A stretch of DNA of 64,000 bases from Eledone cirrhosa (lineage: Eukaryota). Position 1 is the stretch's first letter. Each line of letters begins with the position of its first letter. The stretch is from assembly GCA_964016885.1 (NCBI GenBank), contig OZ024754.1:29636001-29700000 (forward strand), given 5' to 3'. The position numbers were made by a program, and so were the translations under genes. The notes beneath the pieces were generated by a model. The model had not been told where the DNA came from. It saw only the letters and a program-made list of their open reading frames with translations, and ran no database searches. Of the stretch, positions 51,699-64,000 are shown piece after piece.

Positions 51699-53645
51699 TT
51701 TTGCGAGGTTTTTTATATGAAATCGTGTGTCGAAACAGATATTGTTATATTTGGGGAGGGTCATATTTGCGTAATATTGCCAGAATTAATAACAGAACAC
51801 ACTCACTGTTTGGTTGGTTTTCGCTTCTCGCTATCTTTTATATATATATATCTGCGATCTAACTTACTCGGTCCTCAATGTTGCCATTGACTGACCGGCG
51901 GTCAAAAATAATACAGATACAATATAGACAAACACATATATATATAGTTTACATAATTTACATAAATCTTTCGTTGCACATCTGCAACATCGTCAGTGGT
52001 GTTATATTCATTGTTCCTCCTGTTGTGTTGTATGTCTACGCCATTTTTTTTTGTTCAGTCTGTCTATATATTTATTTATTTATTTGCTTGTTTGTTTATC
52101 TTATTTTATTTTGTCTTCTTTGCGCATGCGTTTGCGTGTGAGTGGAGAATTTGGGCTCAAATTCTCAAAGAGAGCCCAAATTCTCCACTCACACTATGCT
52201 AAACCCATGGCCTCCAAATACCTGATACTCAAAAACTCAGCAATGTCCAGTAGTGCTAAGTTTAATATTCTGATCGCAGATTTGGTACGAGTGATGAAGA
52301 ATGTGTCCAGCATGTGCGACCCAACAGAAATGGAAGGACACATCCAACACTTCATCAACCGCATGCAGTTCTCTGGCTACAACCAAAGAGACAGAGTCAG
52401 AGTATACGAAGGAGCCATGGAAAAGTATAAGACCCTCATAGAACTGGACATGAAAGGAATTTGCCCACTATACAGGAGCAAATCATGGAATAGCTTAGAT
52501 AGGGCTAGACATAAGATAGGGAAGGCCACATCATGGTACGACAACCAGAGATATCAGAGTGTCATGTTTGTGGACGCCACCCCTGGAGGGAAATTAGCTA
52601 ACCAGTGTAGAAAGGCCCTGAGAAAGACCCACTTAAAAATAAAGGTGGTAGAAAAGCCAGGAACCACCATAAAATCCCTGATCAGCAAAACCTACCCTTT
52701 TAAGAAAACCCACTGTACCAATAGGAAATGTATCATATGTAAGGTGAACCCCCGGATAAACTGTAAAACTAGAAACGTAGTCTATAGCATAAGATGTACA
52801 GAGGGTACTTGCAGAAACACGACAACAACATACATAGGTGAGACAGCTCGTAGCATAGGTGAAAGGATAGACCAACACTGGGGGGAACTAAAAGGACGAA
52901 AAAACGGGTCAGTACTATACGAACATGCTAGACAACAACATGACGGTAACATAGACAACATAGAAATTAGAATAATATCTAAACATAGGAATGACCCAGC
53001 AGATAGGCAAATCAGAGAGGCCAGTGAAATAGAAATTAGAAGACCAAAGCTAAACAGAAAGAATGAGTGGAACAACAACAACACCCAAACATACAACACT
53101 GACCTAAGAGAAGTATAAATAAATAAGTAAATTAAATAAAATAAATAAAATAAGATAAATAAATACATACACAAGCACATAAACACACACTAGTCACCCA
53201 GCAGACACAACACTATACACACTAGTCACACATCACACATAACACTATACACACACGCAAACGCATGCGCAAAGAAGACAAAATAAAATAAGATAAACAA
53301 ACAAGCAAATAAATAAATAAATATATAGACAGACTGAACAAAAAAAAATGGCGTAGACATACAACACAACAGGAGGAACAATGAATATAACACCACTGAC
53401 GATGTTGCAGATGTGCAACGAAAGATTTATGTAAATTATGTAAACTATATATATATGTGTTTGTCTATATTGTATCTGTATTATTTTTGACCGCCGGTCA
53501 GTCAATGGCAACATTGAGGACCGAGTAAGTTAGATCGCAGATATATATATATAAAAGACAGCGAGAAGCGAAAACCAACCAAACAGTGAGTGTGTTCTGT
53601 TATTAATTCTGGCAATATTACGCAAATATGACCCTCCCCAAATAT

Positions 53646-53653
<8 letters not shown>
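51695..53653 (+). mobile_element. 5'-truncated Penelope-like (Neptune-like) element with inverted pseudo-LTR
   Basis: Open frame 52141-53118 has RT thumb, FVDATPGGKL, CxxxxCxxC linker and GIY-YIG (NVVYSIRC..YIGETAR...R...H; R..RE..; LN.KNEW). 51739-52140 is the reverse complement of 53252-53653. (TA)n on both sides. Confidence 0.92.
52141..53118 (+). CDS. Penelope ORF C-terminal part (RT thumb, Zn linker, GIY-YIG), no natural start
   Basis: Motifs as above. The first ~30 aa of the track ORF come from the inverted LTR. Confidence 0.75.
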   Translation, partial: SGEFGLKFSKRAQILHSHYAKPMASKYLILKNSAMSSSAKFNILIADLVRVMKNVSSMCDPTEMEGHIQHFINRMQFSGYNQRDRVRVYEGAMEKYKTLIELDMKGICPLYRSKSWNSLDRARHKIGKATSWYDNQRYQSVMFVDATPGGKLANQCRKALRKTHLKIKVVEKPGTTIKSLISKTYPFKKTHCTNRKCIICKVNPRINCKTRNVVYSIRCTEGTCRNTTTTYIGETARSIGERIDQHWGELKGRKNGSVLYEHARQQHDGNIDNIEIRIISKHRNDPADRQIREASEIEIRRPKLNRKNEWNNNNTQTYNTDLREV

Positions 53654-53722
<69 letters not shown>

Positions 53723-54256
53723 GTGGTGTCTGTATAATCTGATAAGTATACAAATACCTTATGTTTAAATATCCGCTCTTCTGAAATATTAATCAATCTT
53801 TACACATTTCCCTTTATATTCCAACGACCTGTTTACTATTTTTTTAATGTGTGTGTGGGGGGGGGGGGGGTCGGCACTTACAACATATCCCCCAGTTTGT
53901 TTCTGTTTCTATAAAGGAATTGATTAATTATCGGTTACAACAACAAATATCTGTTTCATTTTCGTAATTCGATAAAAAAATATATATATTCTTCAGATGT
54001 GACGATATTCCATGTAAAATTATCTCCCTGTCGGCGGCAAATGTTATTAACAACATAGAATGCTTACCTTCAATCGCATTTCTTTGTACTTTTACACATA
54101 ATAACGACAGTAAGTATTTTTCTTTTTCTAGTTCACAGGAAGAAAAGGAAGAATTCAATTGCATTTAACCAACAGACTCTAAGCATTCGCACAGATTATC
54201 GTGCTTATAAAACAAGAAATATACTTAGTTTATTTAAATTGTACGCTAGGCAGCCT

Positions 54257-54306
<50 letters not shown>

Positions 54307-54363
54307 ACACACGCACACGCGCACACACACACACGCACACACATACACACACGCACACACACA

Positions 54364-54446
<83 letters not shown>

Positions 54447-55102
54447 GTTTTGCGATTTTTTTTAATATGAAATCGTGTATCGAAACAAATATTGTTATAC
54501 TTGAGGAGGGTCATATTGTTATATTATTGCCAGAAATAATAACAGAACAAACTTACTGTTTGGTTGTTGTTTTTGTTGTTTTTTTCGCTTCTGGATCTTT
54601 TATAACTCCATAGTTAATTCATTTGGCCATCAATGTTTATCACTAACAGGCGAACGGTCAAAAATACAGATATAAATACATATATATAGTCTAACAAAGT
54701 TCTTTCGTTGCACATCTGCAACATCATCAGTGGTACTATTATCATGTTTCCCCCTACTGTATGTCTACGCCATTTTTATTTTATCTATTTATTTATTTAT
54801 GTCTCCGTCTCTGCGCATGCGGTTGCGTTTGTGTATAGTGTTTGGTGTGTGTGTTCACGTTTGGGTGTATGTGTTTTTGTTTTTGTATTCTATCTTTGTT
54901 TATTAGTGTGTGTTTATATGTGTTTGTTGTTATTGTGCTTGTGTATATATTTATTTATTTATTTATTTATATTTCTCTTAAGTCAGTATTGTTTGTTTGG
55001 GTATGGTTATTGTCATTATTCCATTCATTCAGTGAGTCTGTTCTGTTATTATTTCTGGCAATAATATTACAGCAATATGACCCTCCCCAAGTATAACAAT
55101 AT
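54447..55102 (-). mobile_element. Diverged short copy of the same Penelope 3' end with a short inverted duplication
   Basis: Minus NEWNND..QTNNTDLREI matches the ORF end at 53060-53115. 54489-54547 is mirrored at about 55040-55102. Confidence 0.82.
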
Positions 55103-55333
55103 ATATATATATATATAAATGCAGCGTCTAGCTCACTCAAAATATCTAGTGAATTGCAGTTATGCAGCTGCAATCACCTGTTCAGAGTGCACACATTTAG
55201 TTTTACTGTAGAGCGTTGGCTGTGTTTTTAATTATATATATATATATATATATAATATAACTTAGAGTTTACACTCAATGGGGTCATTTACAATTATTTC
55301 AGCTCTAAGAATCGCTTCTGAGCAGAATAAATT

Positions 55334-55560
55334 AATATTTGATAAACATTTTCATGTTTTAGTTGCAATTGACTAATAAAATCGTTAGAATGAAATATCT
55401 TAATTCAAATACATATAGTTTGCCCATATGGGTTTGTGAGTATTGATTTATTATTTTTTAGATCGTACAGGCAAACTATATGTATTTGAATTAAGATATT
55501 TCATTCTAACTAATTTATTAGTCAATTGCAACTAAAACATGTAAATGTTTATCAAATATT
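55334..55560. repeat. Inverted repeat, ~90-bp arms
   Basis: 55334-55424 versus 55470-55560. Confidence 0.9.
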
Positions 55561-55644
<84 letters not shown>

Positions 55645-55733
55645 ATTCATATATATATATATATATCCAGTGAATTTCCAACCGATAAGGTATGATTTTC
55701 ATGGGTATGTCTCTATTTATAAAACAAACTTTG

Positions 55734-55797
55734 TATTTTATCTGATGAAAGCGTACCAATGTTGTCTTGATACCCTTGAAATATATATAATAAAATA
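55734..55797 (+). ncRNA. Type I hammerhead ribozyme (family H2)
   Basis: TATTTTAT-CTGATGA-AAGCGTACCA[loop]TGATACCCTT-GAAA-TATATA-TA-ATAAAATA. Confidence 0.75.
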
Positions 55798-56183
55798 AAT
55801 ATGGTTTTATAAATATAGTTTCCATTTATTTAATATTTATTTATTTATTTATAGCCAAGGATAGGAAATTATTATTTATTCATGCATCCCTACGAACGTT
55901 TCAATGTGGTTAGTATATCACATCCATTTGCAGAGCAACTGTAGATTACCAGTTAACAATTATCTCCAATTTGCGTGTTTTATCTCAACCGTGTCTGTTC
56001 AGGAAACATACAGAACAATAAATACCATAAGACAATATCAAGAAAATGAGAGGATTCAACTTATGGAGCATTTCGAGAGGGAGTTAGAATTTCGAGTGTA
56101 AATTAAGCATAAGATTGAACAAGGTTTCTTTAAAACATGTAACTTTATCTTTGTTTTCTTTTTCTTTTTTTTTTTTTTTTCAG

Positions 56184-56189
56184 GAAAAA
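56184..56189 (+). other. Candidate 6-nt microexon (GAAAAA)
   Basis: About 35-nt polypyrimidine tract plus CAG, then 6 nt, then GTAAGT. Confidence 0.4.
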
Positions 56190-56492
56190 GTAAGTTTCAA
56201 TTAGGAATAGGCTACAGTAGGGTTGTTAAAGATTTTCTTTAGAAAGTTAGGGTTGTTTGTTCAGCTTTGTATAAGAGAAAGATTTTACAATATCTAGTAG
56301 AATTTCGAAGAAATTATATATAAAGAGCTAAAAATATTCTCACATATATATAGTATAGGTATATAATTACCTATTATTTTTCTATTCAAACTATATACAT
56401 ATATATATATATTTATTGACATGCCTACATAAATATATACACACTATTTATATATTCAATATATACATATATATATATATATATGGCGATGA

Positions 56493-56765
56493 ATTAGTTT
56501 TGCGAGGTTTTTTATATGAAATCGTGTGTCGAAACAGATATTGTTATATTTGGGGAGGGTCATATTTGCGTAATATTGCCAGAATTAATAACAGAACACA
56601 CTCACTGTTTGGTTGGTTTTCGCTTCTCGCTGTCTTTTATATATATATATCTGCGATCTAACTTACTCGGTCCTCAATGTTGCCATTGACTGACCGGCGG
56701 TCAAAAATAATACAGATACAATATAGACAAACATGTGTTTGTCTATATTGTATCTGTATTATTTT
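56493..56765 (-). mobile_element. Penelope pseudo-LTR fragment ending in a 30-bp snap-back hairpin
   Basis: Nearly identical to 51695-51935. Arms 56704-56733 / 56736-56765. Confidence 0.88.
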
Positions 56766-56954
56766 AGACCAATAATGTAGTCTTATCAAAGGGTAACAAC
56801 ACCACAAAGGAATCACATCAAATATATAACCAAAAATGTTATAATTTCTGTTATAGAGAGTAGTGCCAATGAAATAGATGTCATAATTTGTATATAATTT
56901 TACTTTTGTAGGTAGTTAAAATAAATTTAGTAATTTATAACAAGAAAAATTAAA

Positions 56955-57133
56955 TAATGGCTTCTGATTTACGCACAAGTCCCGGGGAAGGGAAAGTCGA
57001 TTAAATCGACCCAGTGCGTAGTTGGTACTTTATTTTATCGAGTCCATAAGGATAAAAGGGAAAGCAAACCTCGACAGGATTTGAACTCAGAACGAAGCAT
57101 ATTGTCCGACGCTCTACCGATACTGCCAATCCA
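56955..57133 (-). mobile_element. tRNA-derived SINE, diverged
   Basis: Family consensus. Confidence 0.8.
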
Positions 57134-57589
57134 ATAAAACGATTGAACACATGACACTGCGTCAGGTTCTAAAACAAGGAATAGGCAAAACCGTACGGCG
57201 TATTTTGTTTAGCTGATAAATATATTTCCGAATCTAAAGCGAACCAATGAAAAATGAAAGATTTAGCGGATTTAGCTGGTCTTCTACGAGGTTGTTTCCC
57301 ATAGGAGGGTGCTCGTTTATTTAAATGATAGTGGCCCCATCCCTATCGGTAAAATCAATGTTAAATGAGACATCTTCATCAGGTGCAGGATTGCGAGTGC
57401 TATATCCTAACCACTAGGCTATATGCCATTACTACTGTCTACTATGAATTAAAATTTAATTTACTGCTCACACCTATGCAGGTTTAGCTGATCTTCTATG
57501 AGGATGCCTTTCATAAGAGATACCTGGTGTGTTTTAGAAACAGGGACTTCAGCCCTACTGAGAAAATTATCTTGAAATCAAGCATCATA

Positions 57590-57690
57590 CTCAAGAAAGA
57601 ACACCACGTACCTCTCAGTCGAGAAATCGAACCCACGACTTTATGATACTGAGTCTTAGTACCCTGGCCACTAGGACACTCACTATCACC
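57590..57690 (-). mobile_element. tRNA-like SINE head
   Basis: Minus tgtcctagtggccagg..gggttcgatttc A/B boxes. No complete cloverleaf seen. Confidence 0.5.
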
Positions 57691-58014
57691 GAAACAGATG
57701 CAACAATACAGGAAGATGTCAAAACAGGTCGCATCTACATAAATATAATTCAATCAAAGGAATAGAACTATGAAATAATTTATTCCAGGATCTAAACAAA
57801 AGTAATGATAAAAAGAGATACTGCTAACAGGTGGGAAATATACTTAATCTAAATAATATAAATAGATAGTTTAATACTGTATTTATAATGGATTTTTTTC
57901 ATTCTATCACGGAACGTAAGACACTCTAATGAGTGTATTGGTTTTATTGATCATACACTGTATATTTCACTATGAAATGTGTATATGCACGTATTGTGCA
58001 TGTTTATATATCTA

Positions 58015-58051
<37 letters not shown>

Positions 58052-58116
58052 TCAAGTGCTTCCGAAGAAATATATCAATGAAAACAAATGGTCTATTTTA
58101 TCTACAGGCAGAAATT

Positions 58117-58147
<31 letters not shown>

Positions 58148-58171
58148 GCACATGCACACACACACACACAC

Positions 58172-58252
<81 letters not shown>

Positions 58253-58316
58253 TATAGTTGTAAGTTTGCAAGATAAATATATGATGCAGCACACATTGAA
58301 TCCCCGTTCTTTAGAC

Positions 58317-58354
<38 letters not shown>

Positions 58355-58822
58355 GGTGAGAGAGAGAAAGAAAGAGTGAGAGAGAGATAGAGAGAGATGC
58401 AAATGTGGTCGGCGTTCGTAGACATTAGTATTTCTATATGCGTTTCTATATGTAGAGCGATGTATATATACGAACCATTTGTACACTGACAAGAGCAAAT
58501 CAATGAGGATAAAAGATTTAAAGGTGCCACCGGCCGGTCTCTAATTGATCTGCAAGTGAATATACTTTGTTGTTCAGATCATTTGAAATATTGCACGTGG
58601 AAGCTTTTTTGTTTCGTTTTAGTTGTTCGTTTTTGTATCTGTTTCTCCATTAGACTTTTTTGACTTATGAATGAGGTGATAAATTAGAAATACTTTCGGC
58701 GACTACGAAAACATTGAATGATAAGATAAGTAGAAGAACCAAATATATATATATATATATATGTATGTATGTGTTTGTGTGAGTGTGTGAGTATGCATAT
58801 ATATAGACATATATATATATAC

Positions 58823-58887
<65 letters not shown>

Positions 58888-58899
58888 TATTTTTTTATT

Positions 58900-59028
58900 T
58901 TTTTTTATTTTATAGAAGGAGCTTCTACAGGACTAGTACTGTTTCATTCAGATGAAATCTTCAGGAATGAAATCATCTGAATGAAACAGTACTAGTCCTG
59001 TAGAAGCTCCTTCTATAAAATAAAAAAA
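58900..59028. repeat. Inverted repeat, ~56-bp arms
   Basis: 58900-58955 versus 58973-59028. Confidence 0.9.
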
Positions 59029-59091
59029 TGTTACTCTGCCATGTATTGAGTACCTTACTTACTGTGGTTATCCCCGACTCAACCCGGGACC

Positions 59092-59128
<37 letters not shown>

Positions 59129-59138
<10 letters not shown>

Positions 59139-60036
59139 CGTCCCTTCACGCACAAGGCGCCAAGGTACGCATGTATTGTCCAACCAAGTGCCAATGTGGT
59201 TCAATGGCGGGTTAATAAATTAACGAGCCAGAACAAATATAAACAAGGTTTAGTAAATAATGAAAAAGTTTCAAAATAAATTTTAAAAAAATTGACTTTA
59301 CCTACTATAGTTACCTTTACCGATCGGTTTCGAATCCCAAAAATAAAACGGAGACCATACGGCCTTCGTTGCAAAGAAAGATTCTCGTCAGAAGGTTCTT
59401 TTCATTCAAAGAATATAAAATTCCTGAATTTAAATCACAAACTAGCGCTATCAAAAACTATTCCTGGGATGAGAGTGGATGATGTAGAACAGGTTTATCA
59501 AGGGCCGTAGCAAAGATAGAGGCAAAAGGAGGTAGGTCAAACTAGCCACCGCTGTTGCCAGCAGCAGTCGGAATGACCCGGTTTGTTCTCAACGTTAGTG
59601 GAGGTAGTAGTAATATGAAATACGTCCCTTCACGCACAAGGTGCCAAGGTACGCATGTATTGTCCAACTAAGTGCCAATGTGGTTCAATGGCGGGTTAAT
59701 AAATTAACGAGCCAGAACAAATGGCAACAGCGGTGGCTAGTTTGACCTACCTCCTTTTGCCTCTATCTTTGCTACGGCCCTTGATAAACCTGTTCTACAT
59801 CATCCACTCTCATCCCAGGAATAGTTTTTGATAGCGCTAGTTTGTGATTTAAATTCAGGAATTTTATATTCTTTGAATGAAAAGAACCTTCTGACGAGAA
59901 TCTCTCTTTGCAACGAAGGCCGTATGGTCTCCGTTTTATTTTTGGGATTCGAAACCGATCGGTAAAGGTAACTATAGTAGGTAAAGTCAATTTTTTTAAA
60001 TTTATTTTGAAACTTTTTCATTATTTACTAAACCTT

Positions 60037-60044
<8 letters not shown>
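59129..60044. repeat. Compound direct plus inverted duplication (A-B-c-A-B')
   Basis: A: 59129-59238 and 59613-59722. B: 59238-59560, inverted at 59722-60044. (TA)n on both sides. Confidence 0.92.
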
Positions 60045-60092
<48 letters not shown>

Positions 60093-60187
60093 CAATAATA
60101 ATAAATTTGAAGACTAAAATCCACAGAGTGTTCGTTCGATAAGGATAAATATATATCTAATATATAAGAACCGTAGAGCAAATATTT

Positions 60188-60823
60188 ATTAAAGTTTAAG
60201 CAAAGAATCGCTGCTTTCACCCTTAACGGGATCTTCTGAAACTAAAAAAATTAATCTGTGAACGCAGAAGTAAATATTTCGAAAAACGTTGCAACCGAAG
60301 GAAGACAAGAAGACGATACTTTGATTCGTGGAAAAGTTCCCTGGTAAAGACGAAAAAAAACGAAGATAATACGTCGTTATTTGGAGCGGTGAAAACAATT
60401 ACAGGCAAAGACAAAACCACGTTTATGCTATAACTGAAGTCCCATAAACGTGGGCTTGTCTTTGCGTGTAATTCTTCTTATCGCTCCACATAATGACGTA
60501 TAATCTTCGTTTTTTCCGTTCATTTATACCATAAATTTAGGGGGGGGGGTCGATGAAATTGAGCCCAGTGCGTGACTGGTACTTTATTTGATCGACCCCG
60601 TAACCACGGCGGGATTTGAACACCGCTCCAAATAATGACGTATTATCTTCGTTTTATTCCGTTCTTTACCAGGGAACGTTTTCACGAACCAAAGTATCGT
60701 CTTCCTGTCTTCCTTCGGTTGCAACGTTTTTCGAAATATTTACTTCTGCGTTCACGGATTGATTCTTTTAGTTTCAGAAGATCCCGTTAAGACTGAAAGC
60801 AGTGATTCTTTGCTTAAACTTTA
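60188..60823. mobile_element. MITE-like fold-back element with ~200-bp arms and an internal SINE fragment
   Basis: 60188-60391 versus 60621-60823. Inner hairpin at about 60397-60472. Arm ends match 12930-13045. Confidence 0.7.
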
Positions 60824-60836
60824 ATCTGTTATTTTA

Positions 60837-60870
<34 letters not shown>

Positions 60871-61425
60871 GGGGGGGGGAGGGAGAGAGAGAGAGAGAGA
60901 GAGAGGGGAGGGAGAGAGGGAGAGAGGGAGAGAGAGAGAGAGAGAGAGATATCTATAAAAGGTGCGTGACTATGAGCTAAAACCGTTGACAGGTGGAATA
61001 AGAAAATTGATTTCTGTTTGGGATTGTATGTAAGCAAGAAATTAAGGAAATACTATTTTGTTTAAGTGAAGAGAGAATATTCTATGAACACCTACGCAGG
61101 TTGGTTTATAACACACATTCAATGAAATTGTTAGCTATATTTCTGTTTCTTCTTTATCTCTGATGATAAGGCAATTCTTGAATTGAAAGGTAAATAACGA
61201 GTGAGACAGAATATTAATGAATTGTATCAACTACTTACCTTGTGGCTGTAATTTCTGAACGAATCTTGATCACGTTTTTTTCTATTAGTCTGTAGAAATT
61301 CTGCTGGCAGAAATGATTAGCAGAGAATTAGATAACGATAGATTTTAATGACATTGAAATTTGTAAAGCTGCTTTAATTATTAAATCATAAATAGACACA
61401 CACACACACGTGTATATATATACAT

Positions 61426-61482
<57 letters not shown>

Positions 61483-61624
61483 GACGGGGGGGGGGGGGTA
61501 GGGAGAAGAGGAAAAAATCAGATAACAGATTTAATGAAATTGAAATGTGTAAAAGTTACTTTAATTATAGATTAGCATATACACACGCGTGCGTGTATAT
61601 ATATATATATATATATATAAAAAA

Positions 61625-61921
61625 TAGAATTGGAGCTCTGAAATAGCAATATATATATGAATGTATATATCATGTATTTTGCAATACACTTTATGCTTAA
61701 TTAAAAGGATTTTGAAGACCGTATGCTATTGTTTTAGAGTAGTGACAAACTCACTTACTTTAATCTCAGCAAACAAGGGGAGATAAGCCGACAAGGCCTT
61801 GTTTCGCATTTATTGATGCTTATCAAGGCTAACTACTCCCTCCTGCCTACTGAGATCACTGATGTTATATTCTTATAGAATTCTAGTAAATAATCAGGAA
61901 CTGATCTCAGTAGACAGGAGG
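61625..61921 (-). mobile_element. Family H1 repeat, complete-looking copy with a 20-bp inverted end
   Basis: Colinear with the other H1 copies. 61839-61858 is mirrored at 61902-61921. Confidence 0.8.
61786..61830 (-). ncRNA. Type I hammerhead ribozyme, U3-A8 core variant
   Basis: AGCC-TTGATAA-GCAT[caataa]ATGC-GAAAC-AAGGCCTT-GTC-GGCT. Confidence 0.82.
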
Positions 61922-62189
61922 ACGTCTTACCCAGTTCACGGAGTTTCTTCATCCGATTTATGTTTTTTGCATAGATTTTCAGGTCATACAAAAAGAAGTT
62001 ATGGATTAGGCTTGTATTCCTATCCTAGAGGGAACCAAATATGTATCCTTCATATTTTTTCTAGAAGAAAAGGGGCTTAATGACAGTATAAATAGTGTCA
62101 CAGGGAGACTGTCTCCTTGAAATATACCCCTGTGATATTCTATTTTATCAGTGACGTTATTATCCTACTTCGCTGTGTTTAATTTCAGG

Positions 62190-62435
62190 AAGAAGATACG
62201 ATCTCTATGGCTCTGATACTGGTATCTGGAAATTTAACAGATGCCTTCCTGTAGTTCAGTTTGAAGGTAACTAAGTTCTTCCTATGTTGCCACACCTCTG
62301 ACATCACAGCTGCTTGCTCATCCATGATATTATTACTGTCGCAGTGATCTTGGAGAGATAGATTCAGGCAGGCTGTATGCATTTTATACATTAGGTTCTG
62401 GCATGCAATGCGTCGGTAGCTTTTTGCCAAGTGGG
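62190..62435 (-). pseudogene. Old R4/Dong-like RT fragment
   Basis: SYRRIACQNLMYK..LQDHC.SNNI.DEQAA..RKNL....NYRKA parallels NYRPITCL..MYK..EQKG..KNL..WIDYKKA. Confidence 0.6.
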
Positions 62436-62649
62436 TGTATGTATGTAGGTATATATGTATATAGGTGTATATGTGTGGAAATAACATTCTTGCATTCTCT
62501 AGTGACTCAACGCTTAAGACATCGAAATGAATTATATAATCGCTACACCAGAATTTAATGACATTCAGCACACGAAGAAATAATCTTCGCTGCATTTGCG
62601 AGATATATATTTCTACCATCAATATATTAAAAATAAACCACACGCACAT

Positions 62650-62752
<103 letters not shown>

Positions 62753-63024
62753 CATATATATATCAAGAAGGGTCCGGGTAAATATTTCAATCATATCTCA
62801 TTTTGTTTGACCCGTTTTAGCTTGTTCGCTATTTTGGCTATGGCGGTTAATGGCTTCTTAACCATCGTCTCAGCGTGTGTGACCTTTTTAACTTATGTTT
62901 ATAGCTCTGGTATCTTCTTCAGTTCCATCGAGCGCTTGTCAGCACAATATGGAAGTTGCGTTTCGCTAATATATATACCCGCCGAAATGCGTTTCTCGCT
63001 AAATTATATTTGTATATATATATG

Positions 63025-63062
<38 letters not shown>

Positions 63063-63067
63063 GTATA

Positions 63068-63098
<31 letters not shown>

Positions 63099-63109
63099 TA
63101 TATTTTTAA

Positions 63110-63270
63110 TATGATATCCCTGAAATATATATAATGAAATAAATATGGTTTTATAAATGTAATTTCCATTTGTTTAATATCGTAAAATACTCCAAAATCT
63201 GTTGAGTGTTTTTATATCAGTTATAAAATATTTACTCGTTGTAACCCAACATTTTAAATAAAACTTCTGC
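63110..63270 (+). mobile_element. Family H2 repeat, 5'-truncated inside the ribozyme
   Basis: gaaatatatataatgaaataaatatggttttataaa.. matches 17871-18020. Confidence 0.75.
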
Positions 63271-63342
<72 letters not shown>

Positions 63343-63740
63343 TTTTGCGGTTCGTTTCGCATTTTCTACCCGCCGAAATATATATATATATATCGCCACC
63401 TTTACCACCTCTTCTACGGCTTCGATATAAATACCCCCTCCGCCTCCGTGGTATTTTCTTCGGGGTTATAAGAGGCTTAGCTCTGTTTCTCGACCGTTAT
63501 ATCGCGTGACTATCTCCCCCTCCGCCTTTTGGGATTCTTTCTCACGTCGTGTAGACGCGTTCTTGAAGCTAGAAAAATGAGGTATCTTCTTGATAAGTCG
63601 GCAGACCTCGCAAAGGCTCTATATCTTTATGATGTACTGTTTTTGTTTATGCCACGAAACTACGTAGTCGAGGAATCTAGGAGCAGTTTAGGTATGATAC
63701 ATTTTATTACTAATTATATCTAAATGTTCCTTCTCTCTTC

Positions 63741-63880
<140 letters not shown>

Positions 63881-64000
63881 AATATATATATTTATATATA
63901 TTGTTATACTTTGGGAGGGTCGTGTTGCCAATAAGAAACACACGCACCAGTGCTTTCACTTCAATTTATTATAATAAATTTATAAATTTAGGAATTTATA

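Noticed and set aside
57390-57690. tRNA genes
   Set aside because: Only A/B-box-like SINE heads, with no full cloverleaf
58930-58968. Minus-strand CTGAAGA..GAAACAGTACT hammerhead-like motif
   Set aside because: Helix I does not pair, so at best a decayed remnant
62189-62266. 78-nt plus-strand exon-like segment (ttcag|..gaag|gtaact)
   Set aside because: Lies antisense within a decayed RT fragment, so chance is more likely, although exonisation is not excluded

Overview
Eukaryotic, AT-rich, gene-poor DNA made almost entirely of transposons and microsatellites. The abundant tRNA-derived SINE resembles the one I associate with octopod cephalopods, but this is an inference. No host protein-coding gene can be called with confidence, and most ORFs in the track are (TA)n/(CA)n artefacts. 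Content: four large copies and one 41-bp copy of a Tx1/L1-clade LINE (one near full length), two long and several fragmentary R4/Dong-type RLE LINEs, one CRE-type and one RTE 3' fragment, several Penelope-like (GIY-YIG) elements or remnants, two non-autonomous Helitrons and about 15 SINE copies. Four patterns stand out. (1) At least two dispersed short repeat families carry type I hammerhead ribozyme folds, one with the compensatory U3-A8 core and covarying helices. (2) There are about 17 fold-back inverted repeats in 64 kb, many built from these elements. (3) The SINE and the Tx1 LINE share a 3' tail and sit in similar (ATT/ATC)n sites. (4) There is a candidate 6-nt microexon. All alignments and folds were done by eye, so boundaries are approximate.
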